Positions 32,325-42,039 of a stretch of DNA of 64,000 bases are shown here, piece after piece. The stretch covers positions 96,001 through 160,000 of the forward strand of contig JBGARZ010000017.1 of the NCBI GenBank assembly GCA_044229975.1, read 5' to 3'. The notes under the pieces are model-generated. The model had not been told where the DNA came from. It worked only from the letters and a program-made list of their open reading frames with translations, and did no database searches. Position 1 is the first letter of the stretch. The number at the start of each line of letters is the position of its first letter. The translations under genes were made by a program, and so were the position numbers. Source of the stretch: Polyangiales bacterium (GTDB taxonomy: Bacteria; Myxococcota_A; Polyangia; Polyangiales; Ga0077539).

Positions 32325-33113
32325 GTGAGGGGCCGCGTCCCGCTCGATCACTTCGACGCCGCGCGGAAGGACGCCGTCGGCGTCGGCGATCCGGGGAGGT
32401 CCGAGCGATTCTGGTCGCTCGCCGGTCGCGCGACGGACCTCGTCGGAGCGACCCTCCGCGGGGTCGAGCACCTCCCCGCGGGCCGCGGACTGCTCGTGGC
32501 CAACCACGCCTTCGGATGGGACGCCGCGCTCGCCATCGCCCTGTTGCGGCGCGCGACGGGTCGGCGCGTCTGGGTCCTCGGCGAGCACCTGTGGTGGCGC
32601 GTGCCGTTCCTGCGCGGCCTCGCCGCCGACGCGGGCGTGGTCGACGGGACGCCCGCGAACGTCGACCGTCTCCTCGGCCGCGACGAGCTCGTGCTGGTCA
32701 TGCCGGGTGGATTGCGCGAGGCGTTGAAGCCGCGCGAGCTCCGCTACCGCCTGCTGTGGTCGGGGCGCTACGGCTTCGTGCGCGCGGCCGTCCGCAACCG
32801 GGCGCCGCTGATCCCGCTCGCGACGTTCGGCGCGGACGAGTGGTTCGACTGGGTCGGTGACCCCTACGATCGGGGTCGGCGCTGGCTCGGACCGCTCGGC
32901 CTCCACCTGCCGCTCCCGCGCCCGTGGGCCGGCCTCCCGTGGCTCCACCGGGTGCGACCCGAGTACATCCTCGGCGAGCCGGTGGTGCCGCCCGAGGCGG
33001 CGAGCGAGCACGACCTCACGGCGCTGCGCCGCCTGCGCCGGGAGATCGAGGGCGCGCTGCACGAGCTCATCGAGGAGGAGCTCGCCCGGCGCGCCGGCTT
33101 CGCCACGAAGTGA
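32325..33113 (+). CDS. Lysophospholipid/PlsC-DAGAT family acyltransferase
   Basis: GVEHLP...LLVANHAFGWD (HX4D), LVMPGGLRE, GFVRAA...PLIP; the true start may be ATG 32251 with a frameshift. Confidence 0.8.
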   Translation: MRGRVPLDHFDAARKDAVGVGDPGRSERFWSLAGRATDLVGATLRGVEHLPAGRGLLVANHAFGWDAALAIALLRRATGRRVWVLGEHLWWRVPFLRGLAADAGVVDGTPANVDRLLGRDELVLVMPGGLREALKPRELRYRLLWSGRYGFVRAAVRNRAPLIPLATFGADEWFDWVGDPYDRGRRWLGPLGLHLPLPRPWAGLPWLHRVRPEYILGEPVVPPEAASEHDLTALRRLRREIEGALHELIEEELARRAGFATK

Positions 33114-33116
33114 CGC

Positions 33117-33554
33117 TCAGTGGATCGTCAGCACGGCGACGGGCGACATCCGCACGACCCGCTCGGCGACGCTCCCCATCATCACCCGGCGGATGCCCGT
33201 CCGGCCGTGGGTTCCGACCACGATGAGGTCGGCGCCCTGCGCCTCGGCGTCGGCGAGGATGCGCTCCCATGGCGATCCAGTGGTCAGCGTCGAGGTGACG
33301 GACAGCTTGCTCGTGCGCAGGCCGGACACCAGTTCGTCGAGCTCCGCCCGCGCGGACGCCTCGATGAGCGTGCTCCAGTCCACGGACGGCTCCATGCTCG
33401 CGCCGCGCGCGAGGAGCGGCATGTCCCAGACGTGCACCACGTGCAGCGACGCCTCGTACCGCTGCGCGAGGTCGATGGCGCGCTCCAACGCGCGGTGCGC
33501 GTGGTCGCTGAAGTCCGTGGCAACGAGCACCTTCTCGAACGGCTTGATCATCAT
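33117..33554 (-). CDS. Universal stress protein (paralog of 10077..10508)
   Basis: KVLVATDFS...DLIVVGTHGRTG...GSVAERVVR. Confidence 0.93.
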   Translation of the reverse strand: MMIKPFEKVLVATDFSDHAHRALERAIDLAQRYEASLHVVHVWDMPLLARGASMEPSVDWSTLIEASARAELDELVSGLRTSKLSVTSTLTTGSPWERILADAEAQGADLIVVGTHGRTGIRRVMMGSVAERVVRMSPVAVLTIH

Positions 33555-33651
33555 TTCTTCCTGCGTCTCTGGCGTCTCGACTCCGCGCGCACGGGTGCCG
33601 GCCTTCCCCGTCCGCGAACCTCCATCCCTGGCGACGTCCCGGCGGTGGCCG

Positions 33652-34401
33652 TCAGAAGCGGAGGCCGAGCTGGAGGTGGGGATGGAACATGAACGCGATC
33701 GCGTCGCCGTCCTCGCGAAGCTCCATGCAGTGAGGGTCGTCGGAGGCGCAGTCGGGGTACTCAACGGCCGCCCGGTGCACCGCAGCGACCGCGAAGTCGG
33801 CGTCGAGGCCGACGAACCACCCGCGGTAGATCGGCACGTCGACGCCGAGGCCCCCGTGGGCGGCCCATCCGTGGGCGGTCACACGCGGCGAGCTCGTCGT
33901 CGCGCCGCCCGCGAAGCCGGTCAGGTAGAGGTGCCCGGCCCCCACGCGCAGCGCGAGCTCGACCCGTCCCAGGGGCAATCGAAACGCACCTTCGAGCGTC
34001 GTCCCCACCGTCTGGAAGGTCACGGCGGCGGTGTTGCCGGGGGAGGGAGCGAGCGCCACCCCGTCGCCGCCGAAGAACGAGGCGTGGACCTGCAAGGCGA
34101 GGCTGAAGCGCAGGTCGTGCACGCCCGCGGTCAGGCCGAAGCCCGGTCCCCAGCCCGTGAAGGTCGCGACGTTGGGAAACACGGTCGCAGAGCCCTGCAC
34201 GGAGACCAGCGCGAGGTACGAGGCGCCCCCTTCGACCTCGACGAAAAACGGGCGCCTGGGGCGCGGGGAGGCAGTGTCCGAGACGGCGGCCGTGTGGTCT
34301 CCGAGGATGGGCTGCGACGCGGCGGTGGACGGCGCAACGAGCCCCACCAGCAGGAAGAGGCCCGTCGCGAGTCCCCGTCGCCGAACGGCGTCGATCATCA
34401 T
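33652..34401 (-). CDS. Putative outer-membrane beta-barrel protein
   Basis: Signal-peptide-like N-terminus, alternating beta strands, C-terminal LQLGLRF; sigma54-like GGGAAC-GAGCG-TTGCA at 34414-34429. Confidence 0.55.
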   Translation of the reverse strand: MMIDAVRRRGLATGLFLLVGLVAPSTAASQPILGDHTAAVSDTASPRPRRPFFVEVEGGASYLALVSVQGSATVFPNVATFTGWGPGFGLTAGVHDLRFSLALQVHASFFGGDGVALAPSPGNTAAVTFQTVGTTLEGAFRLPLGRVELALRVGAGHLYLTGFAGGATTSSPRVTAHGWAAHGGLGVDVPIYRGWFVGLDADFAVAAVHRAAVEYPDCASDDPHCMELREDGDAIAFMFHPHLQLGLRF

Positions 34402-34436
34402 GGGAGGAGCATGTGCAACGCTCGTTCCCAGTGTGG

Positions 34437-34871
34437 TCAACGCGAGGAGGTCGCGCCGGTCGCGTCGCCGCGGGCCAGGTCGTCGGGCACGAGTGCCACC
34501 GTAATCTCGGGCGAGGACGCGACCGTGCGCTTGACCTTGCAGTTGCCGACCGCGCGCAGCATCGCCGCCCTGTGGCTCTCCGGGAACCCCTGCGGCAAGC
34601 GCAGGTCGAGCACGATCCGCGTGGGGATCCCGGCGCCGTCGGCGTCGTAGCGCAGCGAGAGCCCGAGGTCCTCGGTGGGCAGGTTTCGGCCCTGGCAGAA
34701 GGCGAGTGCGTAGTAGCCCGCGCACGTTGCGACGGACGCGAGGAAGAGCTCGAAGGGGCCCGGCGCGCTGCCGGCGCCGCCGACCTCGGCGGGCTGATCG
34801 GTGCGCACCGTGAAGCCGCCCACCGAGGCGTCGACTCGCTTGCCGCCGGGAAACGAAACGTCGATCTGCAT
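34437..34871 (-). CDS. OsmC family protein
   Basis: VSFPGGKRVDA...TDQP...GSAPGPFELFLAS.ATCAG...C.VKR; sigma54-like CGGCCC-GCGGG-TTGCT at 34942-34957. Confidence 0.85.
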   Translation of the reverse strand: MQIDVSFPGGKRVDASVGGFTVRTDQPAEVGGAGSAPGPFELFLASVATCAGYYALAFCQGRNLPTEDLGLSLRYDADGAGIPTRIVLDLRLPQGFPESHRAAMLRAVGNCKVKRTVASSPEITVALVPDDLARGDATGATSSR

Positions 34872-35143
34872 GGCCTTGTCACCTTTCCATCGGGGCACGC
34901 GCGCAACGCGCGAGGTCGCCACTGCGACGCTTCCGAGATCGAGCAACCCGCGGGCCGCGGCGACGCTCGACGCGATCGAGGAGGAAGGGTCGCGCCGACT
35001 TGACCACCGCGTTGCTCGGGTAGGTCGAGGGGCACCCCGACCCGGCGAAGCGTGGCCGTTGCCGCCTCCACACGAGGGGCGCAGCGCGTGCACGCACCGC
35101 GAACGCCCTGCGCGGCGCGGTCGTTGCTGAAGCGGTCGCCCCG

Positions 35144-36238
35144 ATGTCCCCCAACGAGCCCGCCGGGCCTCCATCAGACGTCGTCGACCCGAGCGCTTCC
35201 ACGGCCGCCGTCGCGACCCCGGACCAGCAGAAGGCGCTCGCCGTGCTGACCGCCACCCTGGCCCTGCTCGCGCTCGCGGCGGTGCACCCGCTGGTCGCGC
35301 CGCTCGTCGTGGGTGCGTGGTTCGCCGGGCTCGCGTCCCCCTGGATCACACGGCTGTCCCAGCGCTTCGGGCACCGCCGCCGCCTCGCGGGCCTTGCGAC
35401 ACTGGTGCTCGTCGTGGCCCTGCTCGCGCCAATCTTCCTCCTGGTGGCGCCGCTCACGTCGCTCGCGGGCGACGCCGTGGCCACCCTCAAGCGCGCGGCC
35501 TCGACCGGCACGCTCGGCCATTGGATCGGCGCCGGCCCGGGCCCGGTCGGGGCGCACGACCTCTCGCATCGCTTCTGGGGAGCAGCGCGCGACCTCGCGC
35601 CGGGCGCCACGGGCCTCGCGTCGCGGGCCCTCACGGTCGTCTCCACCGGCGTGGTCCAGGCGCTGGCGCTGGTCGCCTCGGCGTACGTGTTCTCCGCGGA
35701 GGGCGCCGAGATCCTCACGGTGGCGCGCCACGGCTCGCCCCTGGCGCCGCAGCACTTCGACCGGCTGCTGGCCGAGTCCCTGCGCGTCGCCCGCGCCCTC
35801 CTCGTGGGCGGCCTGCTTACTGCCCTCGCGCAGGGCGTCGTAGCCTTCGCGGTCTACCTCGCGCTCGGCATCGCGAACGCGGCCGGGCTCGCAGCGCTCA
35901 CGGCGCTCGCGTCCGTCGTTCCCGCCGTCGGCAGCTCGCTGGTGTGGCTGCCACTCTGCGCGCTGCTGGTGGGCGTCGGCCGACACCGCGAGGCGCTCGT
36001 CCTCGCGGCGTGCGGCGTGGTCCTCATCGGTACCGTCGACAACGTGCTGCGGCCGATGCTCGCGCGCCTCGGAGCCCACGACGTCCATCCGTTGCTCCTG
36101 TTCGTCGGCGTGGTCGGTGGCATCGGCTCGCTTGGCCCCTGGGGCCTCGTGCTCGGCCCCCTCGCGCTCTCGCTCTTCGTCGGCGCCTACCGCATCCGGG
36201 CCGAGTCGGTCGCCGGACCCGGGGCGCCCACCACGTAG
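35144..36238 (+). CDS. AI-2E family transporter
   Basis: TALAQG, VPAVGSSLVWLP, VDNVLRP, HPLLLFVGVVGG...G.WGLVLGP; sigma54-like CGGCGC-GGTCG-TTGCT at 35113-35128. Confidence 0.85.
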   Translation: MSPNEPAGPPSDVVDPSASTAAVATPDQQKALAVLTATLALLALAAVHPLVAPLVVGAWFAGLASPWITRLSQRFGHRRRLAGLATLVLVVALLAPIFLLVAPLTSLAGDAVATLKRAASTGTLGHWIGAGPGPVGAHDLSHRFWGAARDLAPGATGLASRALTVVSTGVVQALALVASAYVFSAEGAEILTVARHGSPLAPQHFDRLLAESLRVARALLVGGLLTALAQGVVAFAVYLALGIANAAGLAALTALASVVPAVGSSLVWLPLCALLVGVGRHREALVLAACGVVLIGTVDNVLRPMLARLGAHDVHPLLLFVGVVGGIGSLGPWGLVLGPLALSLFVGAYRIRAESVAGPGAPTT

Positions 36239-37524
36239 TGCCGCGTGGCGCAAACCTCCCGGGCGAGCTCGGCGCGGAAGTCGGGGTGCGCGATCGAGAC
36301 CAGCGCCTCAGCCCGCTCCCGGAGCGTCCGGCCGTGGAGGTTCACCGCACCGTACTCGGTGACGATCCAGTGGACGTGCCCGCGCGTCGTCACCACCCCG
36401 GCGCCGGGGCGGAGCGCCGAGACGATGCGCGAGACGGTCCCGTGCGCGGCCGTGGAGGGCAGCGCGAGGATCGGCTTGCCGCCGCGGGAGAGCGCGGCGC
36501 CGCGGATGAAGTCCATCTGGCCGCCGATGCCCGAGTAGATGCGGTGGCCGATAGAGTCGGCGCAGACCTGCCCCGTGAGGTCGACCTCCAGGGCGGAGTT
36601 GATGGCCACGACGCGGTCGTTGCGCCCGATGAGCGAGGCGTCGTTGGTGCGGTCGCAGGGGTGAAACTCCACCAGCGGGTTGTCGTCCACGAAGTCGTAG
36701 AGCGCGCGGGACCCGTGGACGAAGCTGGTGACCGTGCGGCCCGGGTGGACGGCCTTGCGCCGGTTGGTCACCACGCCGCCCTCAATCAGAGGGATCAGCC
36801 CGTCGGAGAACATCTCCGTGTGCACGCCGAGGTCGCGCTTGTCGCCCAGCCGCGCGAGCACCGCGTCGGGGATCGCGCCGATGCCCATCTGCAGCGTGGA
36901 GCCGTCCTCCACGAGCCCCGCGATGAGCTCGCCGATGCGCCGTTCGGCCTCGGTCTCGGCGGCCGGAGCGCGCTCGGGGAGGGGGCGCGAGGTCGACACC
37001 CAAGCGTCGAAGCGCGCAAGGGGCACCGCGGTATTGCCGTGCGTGCGGGGCATGCGCTCGTTGACCTCGGCGATGACGAGGCGGGCCGAGTCGACCGCCG
37101 CGCGGGCCGCGTCGACCGAGGTCCCGAGCGAGCAGAGCCCGTGGGCGTCGGGGGCGGACACCTGCACCAGCGCGACGTCGAGCGGGACCACGCCCGACGT
37201 GAAGAGCCCGGGGACGTCGGCGAGGAACACCGGGATGTAGTCCGCCTCTCCCTCCGCGACCGCGTCGCGCAGCCCGTCCCCGACGAACAGCGACACCGAG
37301 CGGAAGCGACCGGCGAGCGCCGGCTCCGTGAAGGGGAAGCGCCCCGTGGTGTGCAGGTGGTAGAGCCGCACGCCGTCGAGGTCGTCGCGCGCGGCCAGCG
37401 CTTCGAGGAGGCCAGTGGGCGTGGCCGCGGCGCCGTGCACGAAGACGCGGGCGCCCGAGGGGATCCGTCGCACCGCGTCGGCGGCCGATCGGCACAGGGA
37501 GCGAAAGGGAGGTTGCATGGGCAT
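36187..37524 (-). CDS. Acetyl-CoA hydrolase/4-hydroxybutyrate CoA-transferase family
   Basis: DGSTLQMGIGAIPDAV, LGVHTEMFSDG (catalytic Glu), SGIGGQMDF, VTEYG, IAHPDFR; sigma54-like CGGCAC-GGCGA-TGGCT at 37533-37548. Confidence 0.92.
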   Translation of the reverse strand: MPMQPPFRSLCRSAADAVRRIPSGARVFVHGAAATPTGLLEALAARDDLDGVRLYHLHTTGRFPFTEPALAGRFRSVSLFVGDGLRDAVAEGEADYIPVFLADVPGLFTSGVVPLDVALVQVSAPDAHGLCSLGTSVDAARAAVDSARLVIAEVNERMPRTHGNTAVPLARFDAWVSTSRPLPERAPAAETEAERRIGELIAGLVEDGSTLQMGIGAIPDAVLARLGDKRDLGVHTEMFSDGLIPLIEGGVVTNRRKAVHPGRTVTSFVHGSRALYDFVDDNPLVEFHPCDRTNDASLIGRNDRVVAINSALEVDLTGQVCADSIGHRIYSGIGGQMDFIRGAALSRGGKPILALPSTAAHGTVSRIVSALRPGAGVVTTRGHVHWIVTEYGAVNLHGRTLRERAEALVSIAHPDFRAELAREVCATRHYVVGAPGPATDSARMR

Positions 37525-37725
37525 CGGGAGGTAGCCATCGCCGTGCCGATCCCATCGACGCCTGCGAATAGCGGACCCGCGAGCGCAGAAGGTGCACCCG
37601 CTGCGCAGGTGATTCGCGCGGGACGGAACGGCGAGGGCGCAACCGCACCGTCACCGTCGGCAGGAACTTGACGCGTCGGCGCGTTCTCGTTTGCGGAACG
37701 GATCGTGAATTCCGTCGGCCTCACC

Positions 37726-38430
37726 ATGACGGACGACTCCAACGTGCCTGATGCCGCTTCGCCTCGTGCCCGGGTGTTGATGGTCGAGGACGAACCCTCC
37801 GCTCGTCGTGCGCTCGCCATGCTGTTGGCCGAGGAGGGCTACGAGGTCGAGACCGCCTCCTCCGGGGAGGAGGCCCTGGAGATGATCGGAGCTTCGCACC
37901 CCGACGTGCTGCTGACCGACGTGCGGATGCCGGGGATGACGGGCATCGAGCTGCTCTCCCGGGCGCGCGCAGCGGACCCTTCGCTGCCGGTGGTGGTGAT
38001 GACGGCCTTCGGCACGGTGCACGACGCGGTGCACGCGATGCGGGCCGGTGCGGACTACTACCTGACCAAGCCGATCGACTTCGACGAGCTCCGCCTGGTG
38101 CTCGGTCGGGTGCTGGAGCAGCGCGCCCTGCGCCGGGAGGCGAGCCAGCTCCGCGAACGGGTTCGCGTCGAGCATCCAGGTGCGCCTGGGCACCGACAGG
38201 CAGCGAGCGCTCTGCAGGTCACGGCGGCGCACCGTTCACGCCCTTCCAATCACCGACGCGTGTTTGATGCCGGAGACGTCACCGACCAAGTTGCTGCCGA
38301 AGCAGTGCCCGCAAGAGACCCTGCGCGACATCGGCAAGGCCAGCGTCGAGAGCGCCCAGGATCTGCGCGGTCCTCGCGGCGTCGAGTCCCCGAGCGTGTC
38401 CCAAATGCGTCCCATCGCCGTCCAAGATGA
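37726..38430 (+). pseudogene. NtrC/ZraR-type response regulator truncated after the receiver and linker
   Basis: TDVRMPGMTG, VVMTAFGTV.DAV.AMRAGA.YYLTKP.DFDEL, EQRALRRE...LRER; no AAA+ motifs follow and the sequence is non-homologous after about 38175. Confidence 0.7.
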
Positions 38431-38462
38431 TTGAAATGGTCGAGTGTTCCGCGGTCTCGACC

Positions 38463-38511
38463 GGGATTGAAAATCCCCGTGTCGGCAGTTCGACTCTGTC
38501 TCTGGGCACCA
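38463..38511 (+). repeat. 3' half of tRNA-Phe(GAA); att-site-like duplication, not a full tRNA
   Basis: GGGATTGAAAATCCCCGTGTCGGCAGTTCGACTCTGTCTCTGGGCACCA = anticodon arm, T arm, 3' acceptor strand and CCA; the 5' acceptor strand and D arm are missing. Confidence 0.85.
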
Positions 38512-38609
38512 ATAAACAAGCTGTTTTGAGCGATCGACGCCGGGGGGCGGATCGTCCATATGGTCCGTGGGAATCCACTCTGTCTGACACGCCGGTGACA
38601 CAGCGAGAT

Positions 38610-38745
38610 CGTCCGCGGAGGCCATTGATTCTCCAGCGAAGATCACTCGGAGAGAGGCGTCCGTAGACGCGCTCGACCATGCGGGTGTCGGCGTGACCCA
38701 TCACCGGAACGATGAGGTCGGTCGGAGCGGCGCCGCGCTCGCAGG
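38610..38745 (-). pseudogene. Tyrosine integrase C-terminal remnant
   Basis: DLIVPVMGHADTRMVERVYGRL (box II GH...Y), pointing toward the tRNA fragment; boundaries approximate. Confidence 0.7.
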
Positions 38746-38771
38746 CAGCACAGTCACGATCGGAGCGAGGG

Positions 38772-38990
38772 CTACCACCCGCGTGGGCCCCGCGCGATGA
38801 CCCGCTTGAGCGCCGCCACGATCTGGCTTCTCTCCCGCTCGCCAACGTCGTCGGCACGAATCCTCGCGAAGACCCTTTCGCCCGCGGCCATGAATCGTTC
38901 GACTGCTTCAGGGGGGGCACGGCCTTCGGGCGGCACGAGGCGCAGGACATCGAAGGCCTCCCGCAACTCCTTGAGTTCAGGCGTCGGCAT
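38772..38990 (-). CDS. Small hypothetical protein
   Basis: 72-aa ATG ORF with helical, coding-like composition; no recognised motif. Confidence 0.4.
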   Translation of the reverse strand: MPTPELKELREAFDVLRLVPPEGRAPPEAVERFMAAGERVFARIRADDVGERERSQIVAALKRVIARGPRGW

Positions 38991-39092
38991 GGCGCGCGAT
39001 TGTAGCGCCGCCTGGAAAGCCTCCGTGCGATCTCCGGGCAGTGGAGCGGCTCTTCCGGCCGCGGGCCAACCCCAACGACCGCCCCGCGTCGG

Positions 39093-39686
39093 TCAGTGGG
39101 TGAGTCCGAGGCGAAACGCCTGAGCGGAGCCGCTGTCCGAACGGACCACCACGCAGAGGTCGCCGACGCCCTCGTTGGACGAGAAGCGGGTGGAGGTGAT
39201 GCCGGCGGTGAACACTGCACACCGACGCGCGCCACCCGGACCGACCGTCGACACACCGAGATCGAAGGTCGCGTCGCCGTCGCCCACCAGCCTCATCGCG
39301 TAGTCGACGTCGTGCTCCGGGCTGAACACGAAGTATTGCCCGACGTCGTCGGCGACGAGCGCGCCCCGCACGCACGAGCCCAGAGACCGGGCCGTCGCCA
39401 TCGTGCTGGACGAGGCGTCCGCCACGGCGCAGACCTGGGTCGGCGCCGACGCCAGGCGCGTCCCGTCGACGACATCGCCCGTCGCCAGCACGCCCGTCCC
39501 GGCGGACGCCGCGAGAGGGACGTTGACCGACGATGAGGCGATCACGTTTTCGCCCAGGGGGGACAGCGTGATGCCGACCGGCACCTCCATCGTCGCACCG
39601 TCTGCTCCGCCCGCGCACCCGTTGGCCGCGACGGTCACGATCGCCACGAAAGCCGAAATCCATGACTTCTTCATGAGCTTTTCCAT
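39093..39686 (-). CDS. Putative lipoprotein downstream of the riboswitch
   Basis: MKKSWISAFVAIVTVAANGC lipobox-like signal; beta-rich with four further Cys; the start may be ATG 39674. Confidence 0.7.
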   Translation of the reverse strand: MEKLMKKSWISAFVAIVTVAANGCAGGADGATMEVPVGITLSPLGENVIASSSVNVPLAASAGTGVLATGDVVDGTRLASAPTQVCAVADASSSTMATARSLGSCVRGALVADDVGQYFVFSPEHDVDYAMRLVGDGDATFDLGVSTVGPGGARRCAVFTAGITSTRFSSNEGVGDLCVVVRSDSGSAQAFRLGLTH

Positions 39687-39764
39687 TCAGCAACCCAGCC
39701 AACTCTTTCGAGTCCCGTAGGCTTTGCGTCCCCCGCTCGCGCGAGGTTTGCCGTTATTGTGGAG
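39683..39764 (-). ncRNA. Cyclic di-GMP-I (GEMM-I) riboswitch
   Basis: Minus strand CCACAATAACGGCAAACCTCGC-GCGA-GCGGGGGACGCAAAGCCTACGGGACTCGAAAGAGTTGGCTGGGTTGCTGAATGG: GCAAACC, GNRA loop, GGGACGCAAAGCC and GGTTGC match the GEMM consensus. Confidence 0.88.
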
Positions 39765-40086
39765 TGAGCTCCGCCGACGGTGAGGTCGGTGCGGTGGCCC
39801 GCCTGACGAGCCCGCTGTCACCTGCGTGGGTGACGAGGGGGCGTCGTTCACTAGACTGATATCGGCAGGTCTGCGGAGACCTTGAGCGGGAAAATGGATC
39901 CCCGTCACTTCTTCGTTGATCCGATGGAGGCATGCCCGGGCGGTTGCCGTCGCGGAGGATGGCCCTATGCAGTGCCGCGGTTTTGATCCCGGCTGACCAT
40001 CTCGCGGCGGTAGAGTGCGCCCCAGTGGGTGGCCTGTTGCACCGCCTTCAACCGTGAACGCAGCGACACCATCGGATGGGTTGGCC

Positions 40087-42030
40087 ATGACGACCGTGCT
40101 CGTGATCGATGACAACGATGTCGACCGCGAGCAGATCCGCCGCCTGCTGTCCGGGCGGCACGATTTGATGGAGGCCGCGACGGCGCGGGAAGGTCTGTCC
40201 CTGATCGCGTCCGCGTCGGTGGATTGTGTGCTCCTGGACTACCGCCTGCCGGACGAGGACGGCGTGCGGGTGCTCGACCTGTTGGCGGGTCGCCTCCTCC
40301 CGATCGTGATGCTGACCTCGCAGGGGAGCGAGCAGGTCGCGGTCGAGGCGCTGAAGCACGGCGCGGTGGACTACCTCCTCAAGAGCGAGCTCACCCGCGA
40401 CCGCTTGCAGAAGGTGGTGGAGGTCGCCATCGAGCAGGGTCGCCTCCGGCAGGAGCTCGACCGCAACCAGCGCGCGCTGGAGCTCGCCGTCGGCCAACTG
40501 CGCGAGCAGCGCAACGAGCTCGCGGCCGCCAACCGGGCCCTCCAGCTACGTGAGGAGCACCTGCGCTTCGTGCTCGCGCAGCTTCCGGTGCTGCACTGGA
40601 CCACCGACACCACGCTCTCGATCACCCATGTGGGCGGCGCCGTCCTCGACACGATCGGAGGGAGCGCGACGGAGTATGTCGGGCAGACCGCGCGGGTCCT
40701 GCTCGGGGAGACCGAGGCGGAGGAGATGGACGCGCTCCATGCGCGAGCCCTCGCGGGCGAGGCGGGCGCGCACATCGCCGCCCGCAGCGGTCGCACGTAC
40801 CAGTGTCATGTCGGGGCGTTGCGTGACGAGGGCAGCGCCATCGTCGGGACGGTGGGGCTGGCGCTCGACGTGACCGCGGCGCGCGAGACCGAGCAACAGC
40901 TCCGTCACGCGGTGAAGATGGACGCGCTCGGCCAGCTCGCGGGCGGCGTCGCGCACGACTTCAACAACCTGCTGTCGGTGATCCTGGGCTTCGCGGGGTT
41001 CATGAAGGACGCGCTGCCCGCGGAGAGCGAGCTGCGTGACGACCTCGAACAGGTCCTCGGTGCGGCGCAGCGAGCCGCGGTGCTGGTGCGGCAGCTCCTG
41101 ACCTTCTCGCGGGTGTCGACCTCGGCGCCGCGCGTGGTGGTGGCCGCCGAGGTGGTCGGCGCCACCCTCCCGATGCTGCGACGCCTCGTGGGCGAGGACG
41201 TCGTGCTCACGCTCGCGGCCGCTCCGATGCCCTGGCGCGTCCGTATCGACCCGCACGCCCTGGAGCAGGTGGTGGTCAACCTCACGGTCAACGCGCGCGA
41301 CGCGATGACCCGCGGCGGCCGCATCGAGATCGAGGTCCAGCACGTGAGCCTCTCGGAAGAGCTCGCCCACTCGCGCAACCACCATCTCCCGGCTGGCGAC
41401 TACCTGGTGCTGTGCGTGACGGACGAGGGGGATGGCATCCCCCGTGACGTCCTGGAGCGCGTGTTCGACCCCTTCTTCACCACGAAGGAGGTGGGCCGTG
41501 GCACCGGCCTCGGACTCAGCACCGTCTACGGCATCGCGCGGCAGAGCGGCGGAACCGTCACGGTGTATTCGGAGCTCGGGCACGGCAGCTCGTTTCGCGT
41601 GTATCTCCCGCGCGCCCTCGACGCGGAGGACGCCGTCGGCAACGCCCTGACGCCCGTCCCTTCGGGCAGCGAGACGGTGCTGCTGGTCGAGGACGAGGAG
41701 CCGGTGCGGGCGGTCGCTGCACGCGCCCTGCGTAGGCTGGGCTACACGGTGATCGAGGCGTCGGATGGGGCCTCCGCGATCGCCCTCTGCCGCGAGACGT
41801 CGACGGCGATCGACCTGGTGCTGACGGACGTCGTGATGCCGGGGCTCGCCGGCCCGGAGGTGGCCTGCGCGCTGCTGGAGCTTCGCCCGACGCTGCGGGT
41901 GCTCTACATGTCGGGCTACACCGACCGCGCCGCGCGCGAGCGAGGAAGGCTCCCTCCCGACGCGCGGCTTATCGAGAAGCCGTTGACGCTCGACCGACTC
42001 GGACGAGCGGTGCGCGCGGCGCTCGGCTGA
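40087..42030 (+). CDS. Hybrid histidine kinase (REC-PAS-HisKA-HATPase-REC)
   Basis: LLDYRLPDEDG; LAGGVAHDFNNLL; NARDAM; FDPFFTTK..GRGTGLGL; C-terminal TDVVMPG. Confidence 0.93.
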   Translation: MTTVLVIDDNDVDREQIRRLLSGRHDLMEAATAREGLSLIASASVDCVLLDYRLPDEDGVRVLDLLAGRLLPIVMLTSQGSEQVAVEALKHGAVDYLLKSELTRDRLQKVVEVAIEQGRLRQELDRNQRALELAVGQLREQRNELAAANRALQLREEHLRFVLAQLPVLHWTTDTTLSITHVGGAVLDTIGGSATEYVGQTARVLLGETEAEEMDALHARALAGEAGAHIAARSGRTYQCHVGALRDEGSAIVGTVGLALDVTAARETEQQLRHAVKMDALGQLAGGVAHDFNNLLSVILGFAGFMKDALPAESELRDDLEQVLGAAQRAAVLVRQLLTFSRVSTSAPRVVVAAEVVGATLPMLRRLVGEDVVLTLAAAPMPWRVRIDPHALEQVVVNLTVNARDAMTRGGRIEIEVQHVSLSEELAHSRNHHLPAGDYLVLCVTDEGDGIPRDVLERVFDPFFTTKEVGRGTGLGLSTVYGIARQSGGTVTVYSELGHGSSFRVYLPRALDAEDAVGNALTPVPSGSETVLLVEDEEPVRAVAARALRRLGYTVIEASDGASAIALCRETSTAIDLVLTDVVMPGLAGPEVACALLELRPTLRVLYMSGYTDRAARERGRLPPDARLIEKPLTLDRLGRAVRAALG

Positions 42031-42039
42031 GGGCGCCTC

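Noticed and set aside
36187..36238. 52-bp convergent overlap of the AI-2E and CoA-transferase genes as a regulatory device
   Set aside because: Short tail overlaps are common in GC-rich genomes; nothing else supports a function.
38436..38511. Intact tRNA-Phe gene
   Set aside because: The 5' acceptor strand and D arm are absent; only the 3' 49 nt match.
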